Assembly (NCBI RefSeq): GCF_006345805.1
Contig: NC_042998.1
Location: forward strand, 168,206,001-168,270,000
Direction: 5' to 3'
DNA length: 64,000 bases
DNA from: Octopus sinensis
Lineage: Eukaryota
The position numbers were made by a program, and so were the translations under genes. Positions 13,500 through 26,343 of this stretch are shown here, piece after piece. The notes under the pieces are model-generated. The model made no database searches. It was given only the letters and a program-made list of their open reading frames with translations, and was not told the DNA's origin. Position 1 is the stretch's first letter. Each line of letters begins with the position of its first letter.

Positions 13500-15244
13500 T
13501 TCACAGTCTAATTACTCGAGAGTCTCGTCAGCGAACGGCAGTCACCGGTTGAATACTTGTCAATCTTTGTAGGTCTTTTGCTAGTTTTGTCTGAGCACTG
13601 TCATTACTAGTTTTTGTTCTTTCTATGACTCATCAAATGCTTTTGTTTTTGAAGTACTTGTTTTGTTTTTGTTCATGTCATGTATTCCTTTTTGCGTGTT
13701 TGTTTTTATTTTGCTACTTTTTAGTTCTGGATCACTCACACTACAAAAAAGCCCATAGTGAAAATCATTTCAGCCACCTTTCATTAAGTTACATTGGTTA
13801 TATTACCCAATGTGTCTTCTCTAATTGAAGAGAAGGCAATGTTATATAGTTTGTTAAGGATTTAGCTGCTATTTCTAGCAGGTCGAGTATTTGCGTATAA
13901 GCTTTTTTTAACCCTTTACCTGTCCAAAGCATTTCCATGATATTCTCCAAAACGTTGTGGCTTGTTTCCAGGCTTTCAGTTAGCCTCTGTTTTGTACGTT
14001 CTTAGTAATATAAAACTTTCCTTTCATACGTCCCAAGTTACTCTGGTGATTAAAAAAAGTGGTAAAATGTATTATATATTATGCGTGGACGCCAGAAAAT
14101 ATGTCGTATGTATCACGAGTGATGCACGGAAGAAGCAAAGGGTTAAAATTGAAAGGGTAGTATTTGAGGGCGGTTTGGCTGATGTTTCTCGCAAAATGTC
14201 GTCAGCAATTGTGAGCCATTGTATTAGCGACTTGTGCGTTGTTCATGAGTTGGAAGGATCTTGTATTTCATGATTACTTCTTTTATAAGCACCTGTTGAA
14301 GTGCTAAGTCGTCATTTTCGTATTTGAGGATTTAATCAATTTCACTCGTTGTTCGTAGAAACAGTGCAAATCATATAAGGGGTACTTACGTGCAACAGTT
14401 TATGGAAGACTGCAAGGTTGTACAATTTGCATAAGACTGTGAGTGGTTCAATTCAATAAGATAACAATCAGTTCATAAATGTACAGAAGAAAATGTAGGA
14501 GGAATAATTAAAATCTAAATCAATAGAATATTGGTCATGAAATTCATTGATGTGTGATATATAGAAGCAGATTTCCGGTATATCTGGGCTCCAACGAAAA
14601 CGTACTGGTGGTTGTTATGAAGGGTCAGAGACTCAAGGTGATCGAGTAAGAAATCTTTACGACTGTCTCCATTACTTTTGAAACGTTGGAATTTAGGTCA
14701 CAAAGTCGGTAGTTGACAGGGTCAAAGAGTTTGATTTTATTTAAAGCTATGACTCACTTGTCTGACACTTATTTTTGTTGGTTGCGATAGTCATGTAAAG
14801 AAGCAAAATTTTTATTATTATAGAAGCATGTATTGTAGCGGGTTGATTGAGTTCAATATAGGCAAATGGTCTGCATGTATCAAAGAAGTTGTTGCTGGAT
14901 ATATATGTGTCCCTAGATCAGCCTTGATCGAGCTGACATAAATAGTCGATCGAACAACTAGTTGTGATCCACGGGTTTATTCACGTGTATATGTCATATT
15001 CTAGGTCTAGTTGCCGACCGTGCTCCACATTCTGATTAACAAACAGTGGTTAAGTGTATGGGATACAGTGTAGAAGTTTGAAAAAGCGGCGAATCCGCAG
15101 AATAACTCGAATGTTGGATCAAATGCTTTGCGATATTCATTCCGGCATTCTGTATTCTGTGTTCAAATCCCGTCACAGTCAACTTTGCTTTAAATCTCTT
15201 CGGAATCGAGATAAAGTCCCAATTCAACAATGGATTCGATTCCC

Positions 15245-15328
<84 letters not shown>

Positions 15329-16450
15329 GTAAATCAAAGGATCAGCCTCGTAACACTGTGTCACGCTGATTTAGCCAAAGACTTCTTTCAAGGTGCAAAG
15401 AACAGGAATTCAGTTAGTGAACAATTGAATACTCATCATCGACATCCACGGATAATTCAGCAACCGTTCAGAACATGTTGAATTTTCTTTTCTTGGTTGG
15501 CAAATATCTCTCTGAGTGATTATAGATTACGAACTTAGGGGAAGCGCACAGTTTGAACTCGGTCCGAGTACATCAGATACTATCCTATCCCTTTGCATAT
15601 ATTATTGTTACTACTGCCCTTTTTTCAGTATATAATTTTAATATTTGTCTAATGCATTTTTAGGATTATGCTAGGATTGTATTTATGGGTGTCGTACATA
15701 TATTTGTTGATTTAAAGGTGATTGAGCATGTAGTAGTAAGATCTGTGAGAATTGGATCTTGCTGCAGATCTTTCATTTTATTATTTTAGATTAGTTAAGC
15801 AGGAGGTCAGTGGTTAAGATTTACACCTGGTGAAAATATACATAAGGTGGTAAAGAAGTTGAAGTTCATTGGTTTTGTTTACTGTGCACAAATGCGGTAA
15901 TTTTAGCTACATAGTGTGCATGTTATTTAAATAACGCCAAGAAGAAGGCTTCCATTATTAGAAGGGCCTTCTTGGAAAGGTATCAAAATTCCTCTTGCAA
16001 TTTGGGGGAAACGAAAGCTTCCTGAGCGAGCAATGTACGGAGACATTCCTTGTTTTCTTGAGGGATAACTTTAGGCTTTGCGACAGTGGAGCAACCCCTC
16101 TCAGTTGCTGACGGCTAATGACTTCTTTCAGTGGTTGAAATATGTGCGCTGTACTCACCGAACAACAAAACCATTTTGTATAAAGCGCTTGAGCAGTTGT
16201 ATGATTGTAGGTGTAAGGCTTTGAAAGAGATCATACTTTGGAGGAGGTATGTTAATCATTTATATAGTGGTTTTAAATTTATTAGAAGTATAGCACGTTC
16301 GATGCTAAGGCTGTTGTTATTTCAAAGGTTTCGGAAAACTGCATTGTACGTTGAGATAATGTGATTGCAGCGATCAGAAAATGCAATGAGGGGAGAGAAT
16401 AAGACGGATAGATAACGTTTGAGTTTGGATATAAGAAAGAGGACAATGGT
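13500..16450 (-). mobile_element. possible highly decayed Penelope-like element, interrupted by a SINE and (CT)n
   Basis: Minus-strand patches KDFLLDHLESLTLHNN..VFVGAQIYR (~14570-14665) and ILPLF..KESF..RTYK (~13980-14070) weakly resemble PLE RT and the GIY-YIG C-terminus. Confidence 0.3.
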
Positions 16451-16699
16451 GTCACGAGTTACGATGGATATATATTATTTTCTACGTAAAATGTGAACTG
16501 TTACAAAATAAATTTTACAGAATAACAAGTTAAATCTTTATTAAACATATTGTAGGCATGAACGCCATCCCGTTTCCCTCATTTTTGACCCAGCGGATGC
16601 GACAGCTGATGGAAAAGAGGTCAGTACCAGGTGGTGCTGATAAGTTTTTGTTATCCGGAATATATGTATTCTAGCTTCAAGGAATGGGCGTTGTGAATA

Positions 16700-17060
16700 A
16701 ATTATAGAACCCTGCATATAGAACGTAGTGAGTCAGAAAACTCAGTTTATATTATATGGTTTTAAATATAATTTCTGTAATACCAATATAGTTCATTACG
16801 GATCCATCAGGAACTGATTTCATTGTTATGTGCAAAAACACCTATGTAAGGTGCTTCTGAAATTGCATTCGAGTAGCTAGGGTTTGTATATCTGTTTGTG
16901 GGACTTCTGATGTAGTTTGCTATTTAAGATGCGATATGAAGCACCTGTGGCTAACCTTAACATTGTTCTTATTGGAAAGTCTATAATTGTTGACGGGAAA
17001 TTGTTGACTTATAAGAGTGAACAGTTTATAAAAGAAGTTGCAGACTATATTGGATACTAC
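16700..17060 (-). mobile_element. Penelope-like element remnant with degenerate 3' HHR-like motif
   Basis: Minus strand gives SNIVCNFFYKLFTLISQQFPVNNYRLSNKNNVKVSHRC, resembling the PLE RT-EN linker (..FL.LI..HFP...FN.N.VKVSYSC). Followed by CTGATGG-stem-GAAA at 16810-16772. Confidence 0.5.
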
Positions 17061-17359
17061 ACTCTTGCTATACAAAAGTTAATTAATCAGAGACTAAAAA
17101 TATTTTCGTGTGCAAGCATATGAAAAGTTTCTCCTAAAAATATATAGCAGTTATATATGTGTGTGAGTTTGTGCGCGCACGTGTATGTATGTATGCATGT
17201 ACACAAACACACACACACGTACGCACGCACGCACACGTATATATGCGGCCACATAAGCGCATTTACACGACGCACAAAGACACATATGGACATTCATCCT
17301 CACACTTAGTAATTTCCTTCAGTCTATCTTATTATTATTTTTTTATTTTATTTTTTTTA

Positions 17360-17695
17360 GTGAAGGCGCATGGCTCAGTGGTTAGAGCGTCGAGCTTACG
17401 GTCGTGAGGTTGTGAGCTCAAATCCCGGACATGGCTGCGTGTTGTGTTCTTGAGCAAGACACTTTATTTCACGTTGCTCTAGTTCACTCAGCTGTAGAAA
17501 TGAGTTGCGACGTCACGGGTGCCAAGCGGTGTAGGCCTTTGCCTTTCCCTTGGATAACACTGGTGGCGTGTAGAGGGGAGGCCGGTATGCATGGGCGACT
17601 GCTGGTCTTCCATAAACCTTGCCCAGACTTGTGACTAGAAGGGTAACTTTCTAGGTGCAATCCCATGGTCAGTGTCGTGACCGAAGGGGGGCCCC
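17360..17695 (+). mobile_element. tRNA-derived CORE-type SINE family 3, full length
   Basis: A box tggctcagtgg, B-box-like gagctcaaatccc, CORE-like gtgttcttgagcaagacact. Confidence 0.8.
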
Positions 17696-17728
17696 CCCCG
17701 ATCTTATTTTTTAACTGACTGACTCACA

Positions 17729-17760
<32 letters not shown>

Positions 17761-17895
17761 TGCATGCACATTCACTCAAGCATCCGCAAGCAAATACGTA
17801 CCTGCATATAATCAGAATGTGTGAATATACTTTTATACATCTCTCAATATCTCTCCCTCTCTCTCTGTATGTATATATACATACATACATGTATA

Positions 17896-17945
<50 letters not shown>

Positions 17946-18224
17946 TTCTCATTAGGAAAATCAAGGAACTTATGTCGACATCAAAATGCACAAAAAACTT
18001 TTAGCTGACCGCTCTCAAGGAGCCCATGGCGATAATGAGTGTTTCATTTATAAATAAACATACAAATTTCCGCAAGAAGACACGTAGTCTAAGCCCTAGG
18101 GACGTAGCTTCAACCGTGTTCTTTCTGATGTGAATTTGCTACCCAGGTATCGGTTATCTTTCGAATTATCCTTAATAAGATAATTCATTCAATTATTCAA
18201 ATATATATATATATATATATATAT

Positions 18225-18299
<75 letters not shown>

Positions 18300-18300
18300 C

Positions 18301-18504
18301 TACTAATATAAGATGAAGTTTTTTCACAGAAAAAAATTCCATCAAAAAAATGTGGCAGCATATTAACCTTTAAGGTTAAAATTATAAACAACTTATAAAT
18401 AAGGGCTAAAGAAAATTATTTCTATGCCAATATGCTGCTATCAGTTATCTGTTATCAGCATATTGGCATAGAAATAATTTTCTTTAGCCCTTATTTATAA
18501 GTTG

Positions 18505-18505
<1 letters not shown>
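18301..18505. mobile_element. short foldback element, family B
   Basis: Perfect 50-bp arms at 18388-18437 and 18456-18505. Homologous to 23665-23794 and 56972-57120. Confidence 0.8.
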
Positions 18506-18556
<51 letters not shown>

Positions 18557-18725
18557 TGTATATATATATATATATATATATGCATGTATATATGTATATG
18601 TATATATACATATGTATATATGCATGTTTGTATGTATGTACGTACGTATTTATGTATGTATATATATACGTGTAATGGACGCATGTATATTCATGTATAT
18701 ACGCACACACACACACACACACACA

Positions 18726-18764
<39 letters not shown>

Positions 18765-19394
18765 TTTTGTTCATGCATACATACATGTGCACAAATATAT
18801 ACGCACATAGACGTATTGAAACACATTTCACAAGCGCAATCTATCTACGCTTTACATGCATGAACACACTTAACTACCTTTCACTCGTGTCCAGTGGTCA
18901 GAAGAAGAATTAGTTGATGGTGGTGGCGGTAGTGGTGGTGCTCTTTTTCTTCATCCTCCTCCTATTCATCGTCACCATCATCATCATCATCATTTACCCC
19001 CACCCATAACACTTCACCTAGATAAGTCAAGTGACATTTACCACAGGTGTTAATCGACACGAAATACCTCAACTTAAACGGAAGAAGCCGTTTTGCTAAG
19101 CACGCGCCCAGACACACTTCAACAAAGCTGTCTTTACCTGGGCATACGATTACCTTCGCACCGAACGGAAAACTAATCCCCCTTTGTATGCTTCTGTGTG
19201 TGCGCGCGCGTGTGTGTGCGTGTGCGTGCGTGCATGCGTGCGCAGATGCGTGCCTGTGTGTACACATGCGCACGCATCGCTGTATTTGAGAGTGTATGTG
19301 TGCGTGACATGAGTGTGTATATGTATATACATAGGTTGACTTCTTTGTTCTAGTGCCTCTCCTCTTGTTGCTGTTTCTTCCTTCGTTCTCGTTT

Positions 19395-19444
<50 letters not shown>

Positions 19445-20623
19445 TTCTTCTTCTTGTTTCTTATTATTCTTTCTTATTATTCTTATTATTAAGGTGGTGA
19501 GCTGACGAAATCGTTAGCACGATGGGCGAAATACTTTGCGGTATTTCGTCCGTCTTTACGCTCTGAGTTCAAATTCCGCTCTGAGTTCAAATATTGTAAT
19601 TGTTGTTGTTGTTGTTATTATTATTTTCATCATCACAATTTTCAGCTGTAAATAAATTTTACTCGGTCTTATATTCTTTTCCTCTTCCTTAGCAAAACAC
19701 TGGAAATATTGAATCCATTTCAATCCATATTAGCTGTTGCTTGATTTAATATTCATTGAAACTTCAAATTATTGAGCGTGTTGGTAGAAAACTGACGAGC
19801 TTTTCTCCTTTGTACGTTGTTGTTTTTTCCTGCACCGTTCCTCAGTACATCGTATGCTAAAATAGAGAAATAAAAACTTCAAATTATCATTTCTAAGTCT
19901 TAACGGAATTTGTAATCTTGCCTTCAGTCAAATATTTCTTTCGTAAATTCTAAGGCAGTATTTCCCAAATATTTTCAAGCTACTTCCCTTTTTCTCTTAA
20001 CGCCTCAGTACACTCCAAGATGATTCATTGGCAAGTAAATTTTAATAAATCGTATTACTACAAGTATAATTTTACAAAAGTATCTAAAATTATTTTTAGT
20101 TGTGTATTGATATGAAGGAAGGGCCTGATGCTGTGTAACTAAAACTTCCCACATCCGGTTCAATATTTGTAAGAAGCAGAGATCAACGAGCTTATAGACT
20201 CGTTAGCACGCCGAGCAAAATGCTGAGCGGCATTTCGTCCATCTTTACGTTCAGAGTCCCCATTTCGTCGAGGTCGACTTTGCCTGTCATCATTTTCGGG
20301 CTCGATAAAATAAGTACTAGTTGGTCACTGATGTAATCGACTAACCCCCGCCTCCGAAAAATAAATCGAAACCAATATCAGTAAGAAGCAGTCATATGCG
20401 TCCGTTTAAGTATTTTTTGTCGGTTTCTCTTCCTCCTCAAATGGTAGTACTGTTCTGTTGGTTGAACTATTCTATTGAAGAGCCAAATTCTTGTATGTAA
20501 GCCTATGGTGTTGGAGGACCAGAAAACGCACATTTTCTGGAATACCACCGCAGCTTTGCCAGTTCAATGGTTGACGTTGGACTCAATATCCTCATTGTTA
20601 CTTCGTTCAGAGATTTATTATTG

Positions 20624-20771
20624 ATATCAACAATAGTTATTAAAGAACTAGAAAGAGAGACCTTGAATTTGGATAATTTGGACTGAAGGATAAGGCGCAA
20701 ATATGGACAAAATATGTGGTGATATGTATGTGTGTGTGTGTATGTGTGTGTATGTATGTGTATGTATGTGT

Positions 20772-20819
<48 letters not shown>

Positions 20820-22774
20820 AGAGAATGCAAAAACAAATATGGTATTTTTAACACTAAAGTGTTAATTTGGTAAGATTACATGAGGTTACATTACGCAATC
20901 ATGCAATCCTTCAAATATTTTGCCAAGCGTGTATACTGTCTACTGTCTACTGTCTCGATATCTTGCAGATTGATGTTTATGATCGCTGTTGTTAAATGAT
21001 CATTATTTGCAATGGTACTCGTTCTTAAATTTCAACTTCAACTGTTCGTTGGCTTTTAAATTCAAACGATTATTCTTGTAAACGCATTTTCATTTCCCCA
21101 GTACTTCGATCGTTCAGATTACGCCGTTCTTCATCGGTGTATCTTGTATACATCATGATTCCATGCCACAATGACAATTTCTTACCGTAAAATCTGTAGT
21201 TTTTCCCTATAGTATATAGCTTCGAATTTCATTTTGAAATCCATAACAACCGTAGCATCTTCTAAACGTAAATTGAACATTATTTCATCAATCCTATTGC
21301 GTTGCTTAAGTACTCTTACACGATGACCAAATGAAAGACATAATTTTTCCATAGCATCATTCAATAGAATTTCATGTTCTGGGCTCACATGCTGCTTAAT
21401 GTATTGTATTACATGGTTGAAGAAGCAACAAACACCACATTATTTCATTTCCGCTCCAGAGATGGATAAAGTAACCTCTTTATTCGTGACACTACATGTA
21501 GAAATGTGTCCCTTCATAGGTTGTCTTAATGTAAGCTTCTAAACCATTCACAATAGAATTCAAAGATTCTGATTCGGCACTGGTAGCAACAACAGTCTTC
21601 AATCGTGCAAAAATAATCGACCGCTTGTTTAATTATTTGATCCTTGATAGTTAACGTTTTGACTATCTTCCGGAATGATGTAGAGCCTAATTTCCTATTT
21701 TTAGGTATGGTTTCTTTGTAATCACGTAGCATTATAGTTGTATTCTTTTTCCTAATCAGCTTAAGGAGATGTATTTCGTCGCCATTAATCGTAACTGTTT
21801 AGGTACCCCATGGGATTCGGCATACATTAGCATCCGACAAAACAAACTCCACTGCAGCTTCCATTTGATCACGATCGTATCGTATAATTAATCTATTTGA
21901 AGGTGTAAGCTGCTTTCCACTTGCCATATGCTTATACTTTCGTCTTAATGAAGCTACTTTCTTCATACCAATACCAAAACGATCTTTCAAAACACTTGGA
22001 ACTAAGGATACCGCTAATGGAGCTGTAACAGCATCAGCTTGTATAACATTTCTCGGCAATGCATCTCGTACTTTAATGATATTTTCCGCTAATTTGCCTT
22101 CGTCGATGACACCTTCTCCTTCGTTTATAACAACCTCTTTCATAAGGCCTTCGGCATCATACGCACTAATGATAGAGCATACTTTTTTCATTATGGTACT
22201 GGTTAGTTTCACTAGTCGTTTTTTAGCTGCTTCGTCAAAGTCTTCCATTCGGGTACTTTCACGTTTAGCTTTTCCCGGTAATGATGATACTGATTTTAAA
22301 CCAAATGCTTCATACAATGCCTCCACTGTTGAAACAATTCGTGATGGATCGCTAAATGTGCTTACAAAGAATAAGTCTTGGGGTCAATTTGTTCGAGTAA
22401 AAGCAAAATTAGAAATAATGACCAAGATGCGAGTAATAAAAGAATATATTAAAAAAATATATCAACAATAGTTATTAAAGAACTAGAAAGAGAGACTTTG
22501 AATTTGGATAATTTGGACTGAAGGGTAAGGCGCAAATATGGACAAAATATGTGGTGATATGTATGTGTGTGTGTATGTGTGTGTGTATGTATGTGTGTGT
22601 GTATGTATGTGTGTGTATATATGTGTGTATAGTAGTAGTAGTAGTAGTAGTAGTAGTAAGAGAATGCAAAAACAAATATGGTATTTTTAACACTAAAGTG
22701 TTAATTTGGTAAGATTACATGAGGTTACATCACGCAATCATGCAATCCTTCAAATATTCTGCCGAGCGTGTATA
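20624..22774. repeat. ~310-bp direct repeats (20624-20935, 22459-22774) flanking a transposase remnant
   Basis: Direct comparison. Few substitutions; the internal (TG)/(GTA) microsatellites differ in length. Confidence 0.9.
20950..22340 (-). mobile_element. Sola3-like DDE transposase pseudogene fragment
   Basis: VVMDFKMKFEAIYYREK, then after a frameshift DFYGKKLSLWHG, matching the D.(A/K)MKF...RE....GK.G.SWH motif I associate with Sola3. ORFs 21799-22326, 21526-21732 and 21182-21388 are colinear. Confidence 0.6.
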
Positions 22775-22964
22775 TGTTTTAATAAGCATAAAATAGTGTA
22801 TTTTATTAATACTTATTATGTAGCTAGTATCCTGCACACTAGCCTATCCCCTCGTTTGACGTCCCGCGTTATATTTCACTGGATATAGGAGTGGAATGTA
22901 GGACCTACAACTGAGCCAGAACTTTGTTTACGTGTTGTGCGTCACAACCTCTCTCTCTCTCTAT

Positions 22965-23006
<42 letters not shown>

Positions 23007-23369
23007 CAGCCGCAATTGCAAAGATAATCTGGAACTGGACTGACGGAATAAAACTCCGAATGACCCGTCCTTGTTTTCTTTGTATCGTCTGTCTGGATGT
23101 TTTGTTGTCCCTTTTTTGTATCACCTAACTGCCTGGATGTTTTGCGTTCTTGTCCCATTTTGTATTATATATAAAAACATATAGCGGCGTACGTACACTT
23201 TGGTTTCTTATATGTAAGTACATATATATATATATGTATGTATTTATTTCTAATGCCAAATATGCCGAAAAATTGGACATATTGTCCTTTACCATATAAT
23301 TTTTCACAATACGCACGCTACTCGAAAAAAAAAAGCCGACAGAAATTTCTAAAAAGTTCCATCATTACC

Positions 23370-23424
23370 ATATCGGACCGATTTCAGGGTTAGTTCGTAA
23401 GAACCCTCCCTTCGTCAGTGATAC
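23370..23424 (-). ncRNA. type I hammerhead ribozyme motif (inverted copy of 23892-23946)
   Basis: Reverse complement of the plus-strand motif. Confidence 0.65.
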
Positions 23425-23891
23425 ATGTGGCATAGAAATAAATGAAATACTTACTCATACCCACGGAAGAAGCAAAATACATGTGGCAAAGAAATAAATG
23501 AAATACTTACTCATACCCATGGAAGAAGCAAAATACTAAGTCATGAGCACAATTAAGTACCCCAAATACATCCAAAATAGAAATACTCCTGCCCATTCAA
23601 GACACGTGCGATTTGAACTGAGGTTCTCACAGAGTGAGAGAGTCCGGAAGTGAGCACTTAAATTTATATTTAATGTAGGAAAAATTTTTTTCGAAAGAAA
23701 AAAATTTTATCAATGGCCAGCATATTAAAAAAATACCTTTAACGGTTAAAATTATAAACAACTTATAAATAAGGGCAAACGAAAAGTATTTCTATTTTGG
23801 ATGTATTTGGGGTACTTAATTGTGCTCATGACTTAGTATTTTGCTTCTTCCATGGGTATGAGTAAGTATTTCATTTATTTCTTTGCCACAT

Positions 23892-23946
23892 GTATCACTG
23901 ACGAAGGGAGGGTTCTTACGAACTAACCCTGAAATCGGTCCGATAT
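23892..23946 (+). ncRNA. minimal type I hammerhead ribozyme motif
   Basis: gtatca CTGACGA [aggg..gttc ttac gaac..ccct] GAAA tcg GTC cgatat. Stem I tatc/gata, GUC triplet. Confidence 0.65.
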
Positions 23947-24186
23947 GGTAATAATGGAATTTTTTAGAAATTTCTGTCGGCTTTTTTTTTTCGAGTAGCG
24001 TGCGTATTGTGAAAAATTATATGGTAATGGACAATATGTCCAATTTTTCGGCATATTTGGCATTAGAAACTTTTTCGTTGGCCCTTATTTATAAGTTGTT
24101 TATAATTTTAACCGTTAAAGGTATTTTTTAATATGCTAGCCATTGATAAAATTTTTTTCTTTCGAAAAAATTTTATCCTACATTAA

Positions 24187-24221
<35 letters not shown>

Positions 24222-24227
24222 TGTATG

Positions 24228-24255
<28 letters not shown>

Positions 24256-24258
<3 letters not shown>

Positions 24259-25202
24259 GATGTTCAACTTCACTAGAATTTCCTCGTGCCATTCAGTAAC
24301 AACTTTAGCTGTGTGGATTGGTGCATTATCACCCTGAAAGATTACGTTTCCCTCTATAGGATGAATTTGATTACATAAAATGCTTAAATAGTCTTGACTA
24401 TTAATTCCGCCATGAAGTGAAACAATTGGGCCGGCGGATTTCCAAGATCATTACAGATCCTCCTCCATGTTTAACAGTTAGAAGAAGGCAGTCTAGGTCA
24501 AATGCTTCTTTTGGCTGTCTCCACACCTATACTCGGCCGATGGTTGGAAATAACGTAAAGAATGACTCACCCGAGAATATAACATTCTTCCACTGCTCTA
24601 GGGACCAATTTTGTAGGTTTTTACTCCATTCTAAACGCTTTGTAAATCTTAGTTTTTGAAAGTAGTTTTTTTCTGATTGCAGCCCTCCCGTGAAATCCGA
24701 CTTTGAGCTGCTTCCGGCGAAGAGTTTTTCAGGAAACTGAGTTCTCGAAATGGTCATTAAGCTCTGCAGTAAATTTGGGAGCTGTACTTTTGGGATCCTT
24801 TCTAACAATTCGCGTAAGAGTCCGACGGTCCCTATCTGAAACTTTTGGTATTCTTACGGTGTTTTGTTTTGACGAGGAGGTTTTTTCCCTCTTTCTCAAA
24901 GGCTGTCAGTACTTTCGAGACAGTACTTCTTGATACACCAAACATTTCAGCTGTTTTCGTTATGCTAGCACCTGCCATACGAGCACCAACAATTTAACAT
25001 CTTTGAAAATCCGATAGATCTATCATTTCAATGGATTTAAACTATCCTTTTCTGATGATATCTGAAAAGAAACAGCAATTTTAGCAAAACATATTAAGCA
25101 ACGTAGATGATAAATGATAAAAACATAAAAGTAAACAAGCTTTTGACGGTTTCAAAATCCCGATGCTATGATGCTAGGTGTTTCCATTATTTTGTCCAAC
25201 CC

Positions 25203-25206
<4 letters not shown>
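24256..25206 (-). mobile_element. Tc1-like transposon, 3'-truncated pseudogene
   Basis: RLEWSKNLQNWSLEQWKNVIFSGESFF. Left end TA-caggggttggacaaaataatggaaacacc sits in (TA)n. Confidence 0.85.
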
Positions 25207-25270
<64 letters not shown>

Positions 25271-25280
25271 CTTTCACACG

Positions 25281-25369
25281 AATAGTATTGACAGTGTCTT
25301 CCAAGTTTCGGCCAGCTAAACCAAAATCAGATTGGCCGCTGAAACTTTGATGTCATTGTCAATACTATT
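25281..25369. repeat. hairpin with HHR-like 3' halves in both arms
   Basis: aatagtattgaca/tgtcaatactatt arms. GAAAC-N6-GTC on plus and GAAAC-N6-GAC on minus. Confidence 0.6.
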
Positions 25370-25454
25370 ATTATTGTCAATGAATAATAAACTTGTACTC
25401 TACAAATATATTGAGTAATACTTCTGTTTAATGTAAAATTGTTTTATGATAACA

Positions 25455-26020
25455 CTAGCAGTATCGCCCGGCGTTGCTCGGGTTTGTAAGGGAAATAACT
25501 ATATAAGCATTTTTAGAGAGTTATAGCCAAAAAATAGCAAAAAGAAAATGCATTAAAAATGGAAAAAAAATTATGGTAAATTTTTTTTTAAATCGTTGAC
25601 TCATCGTAGACATTTTCTGTTTTGGTGTCTTCAAGCCATGAAGTCGTTGTTCTAAAAGAACGCTGGTCTCCTTGACAACGCTTTACGACGTTGATTTCCT
25701 TACACTCCCTTCCCCACAGCTTCACGAGGGAGGGAAGAAGGGGGAGAAGCAAACAGGTGCAGGTGTGACCATGGACGCCAACTCCGCCGCCATCGACACA
25801 CGAAAAATTATGCATTAAAATGGAATAAAAAATGATGTTAAATTATTTTTAAAATTGTAGACTCATCGTAGACGCGCGCTAATACTCAGACGGGCTCGAT
25901 ATGAATCACGACTATAAGATACCCGGTTTTGGTTAAACTGCACTGCAAAATGTGGGAGTAGTTAGGAATCTAAATCGTAGGAGACAGACACTCACACAAC
26001 TACAGTTTTATATATATAGA
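25455..26020 (-). mobile_element. non-autonomous Helitron
   Basis: Minus strand A|TCTATATATATAAAA...cccgagcaacgccggg hairpin..CTAG|T. Second copy at 48340-48850. Confidence 0.85.
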
Positions 26021-26129
26021 TAACCTAAAAACAAACATTTATATAACATATGGTATATATATATAAATATATATATATAAAGAGTGTGAAATAAAAGACT
26101 GTGACAAATGAAAGTATAAATTTTTTCGA

Positions 26130-26131
<2 letters not shown>

Positions 26132-26182
<51 letters not shown>

Positions 26183-26343
26183 TCACTGCCTGGAATCGAA
26201 CTCGGAATCTTGGGGTTGGTACCCCGCGCATATGGCGTAGTGGTTAAGAGCGCGGGCTACCAACCCCAAGATTCCGAGTTCGATTCCAGGCAGTGACCTA
26301 AATAATAATAATAATGATAATAATAATAATAATAATAATAATA
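26132..26343. mobile_element. short tRNA-like SINE with inverted head-to-head partial copy, both ending in (AAT)n
   Basis: A box tggcgtagtgg, B box gagttcgattcc. Perfect 42-bp arms at 26180-26221 and 26258-26299. Confidence 0.8.

Larger units (their letters stand above)
23245..24191. mobile_element. composite inverted non-coding element (A-spacer-B-A'-B') with two hammerhead motifs
   Basis: 23245-23587 is the reverse complement of 23785-24069 (plus a 56-bp internal duplication), and 23665-23794 of 24064-24191. Flanked by TA/TATG microsatellites. Confidence 0.85.

Noticed and set aside
13495-13535. CTGACGA..GAAA on the minus strand
   Set aside because: Stem II and stem I do not pair convincingly.
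18860-19180. ORFs 18962-19273 and 19047-19289
   Set aside because: They are partly microsatellite, with no domain or splice support.
20503-20650. Possible host exon on the minus strand after a pyrimidine-rich AG
   Set aside because: No recognisable protein similarity and no partner exons.
23035-23075. gga CTGACG..GAA..tcc HHR-like relic
   Set aside because: The core is incomplete; too degenerate to call.
26226-26299. Functional tRNA gene
   Set aside because: The acceptor stem does not pair and it ends in an (AAT)n tail, so it was treated as a SINE.
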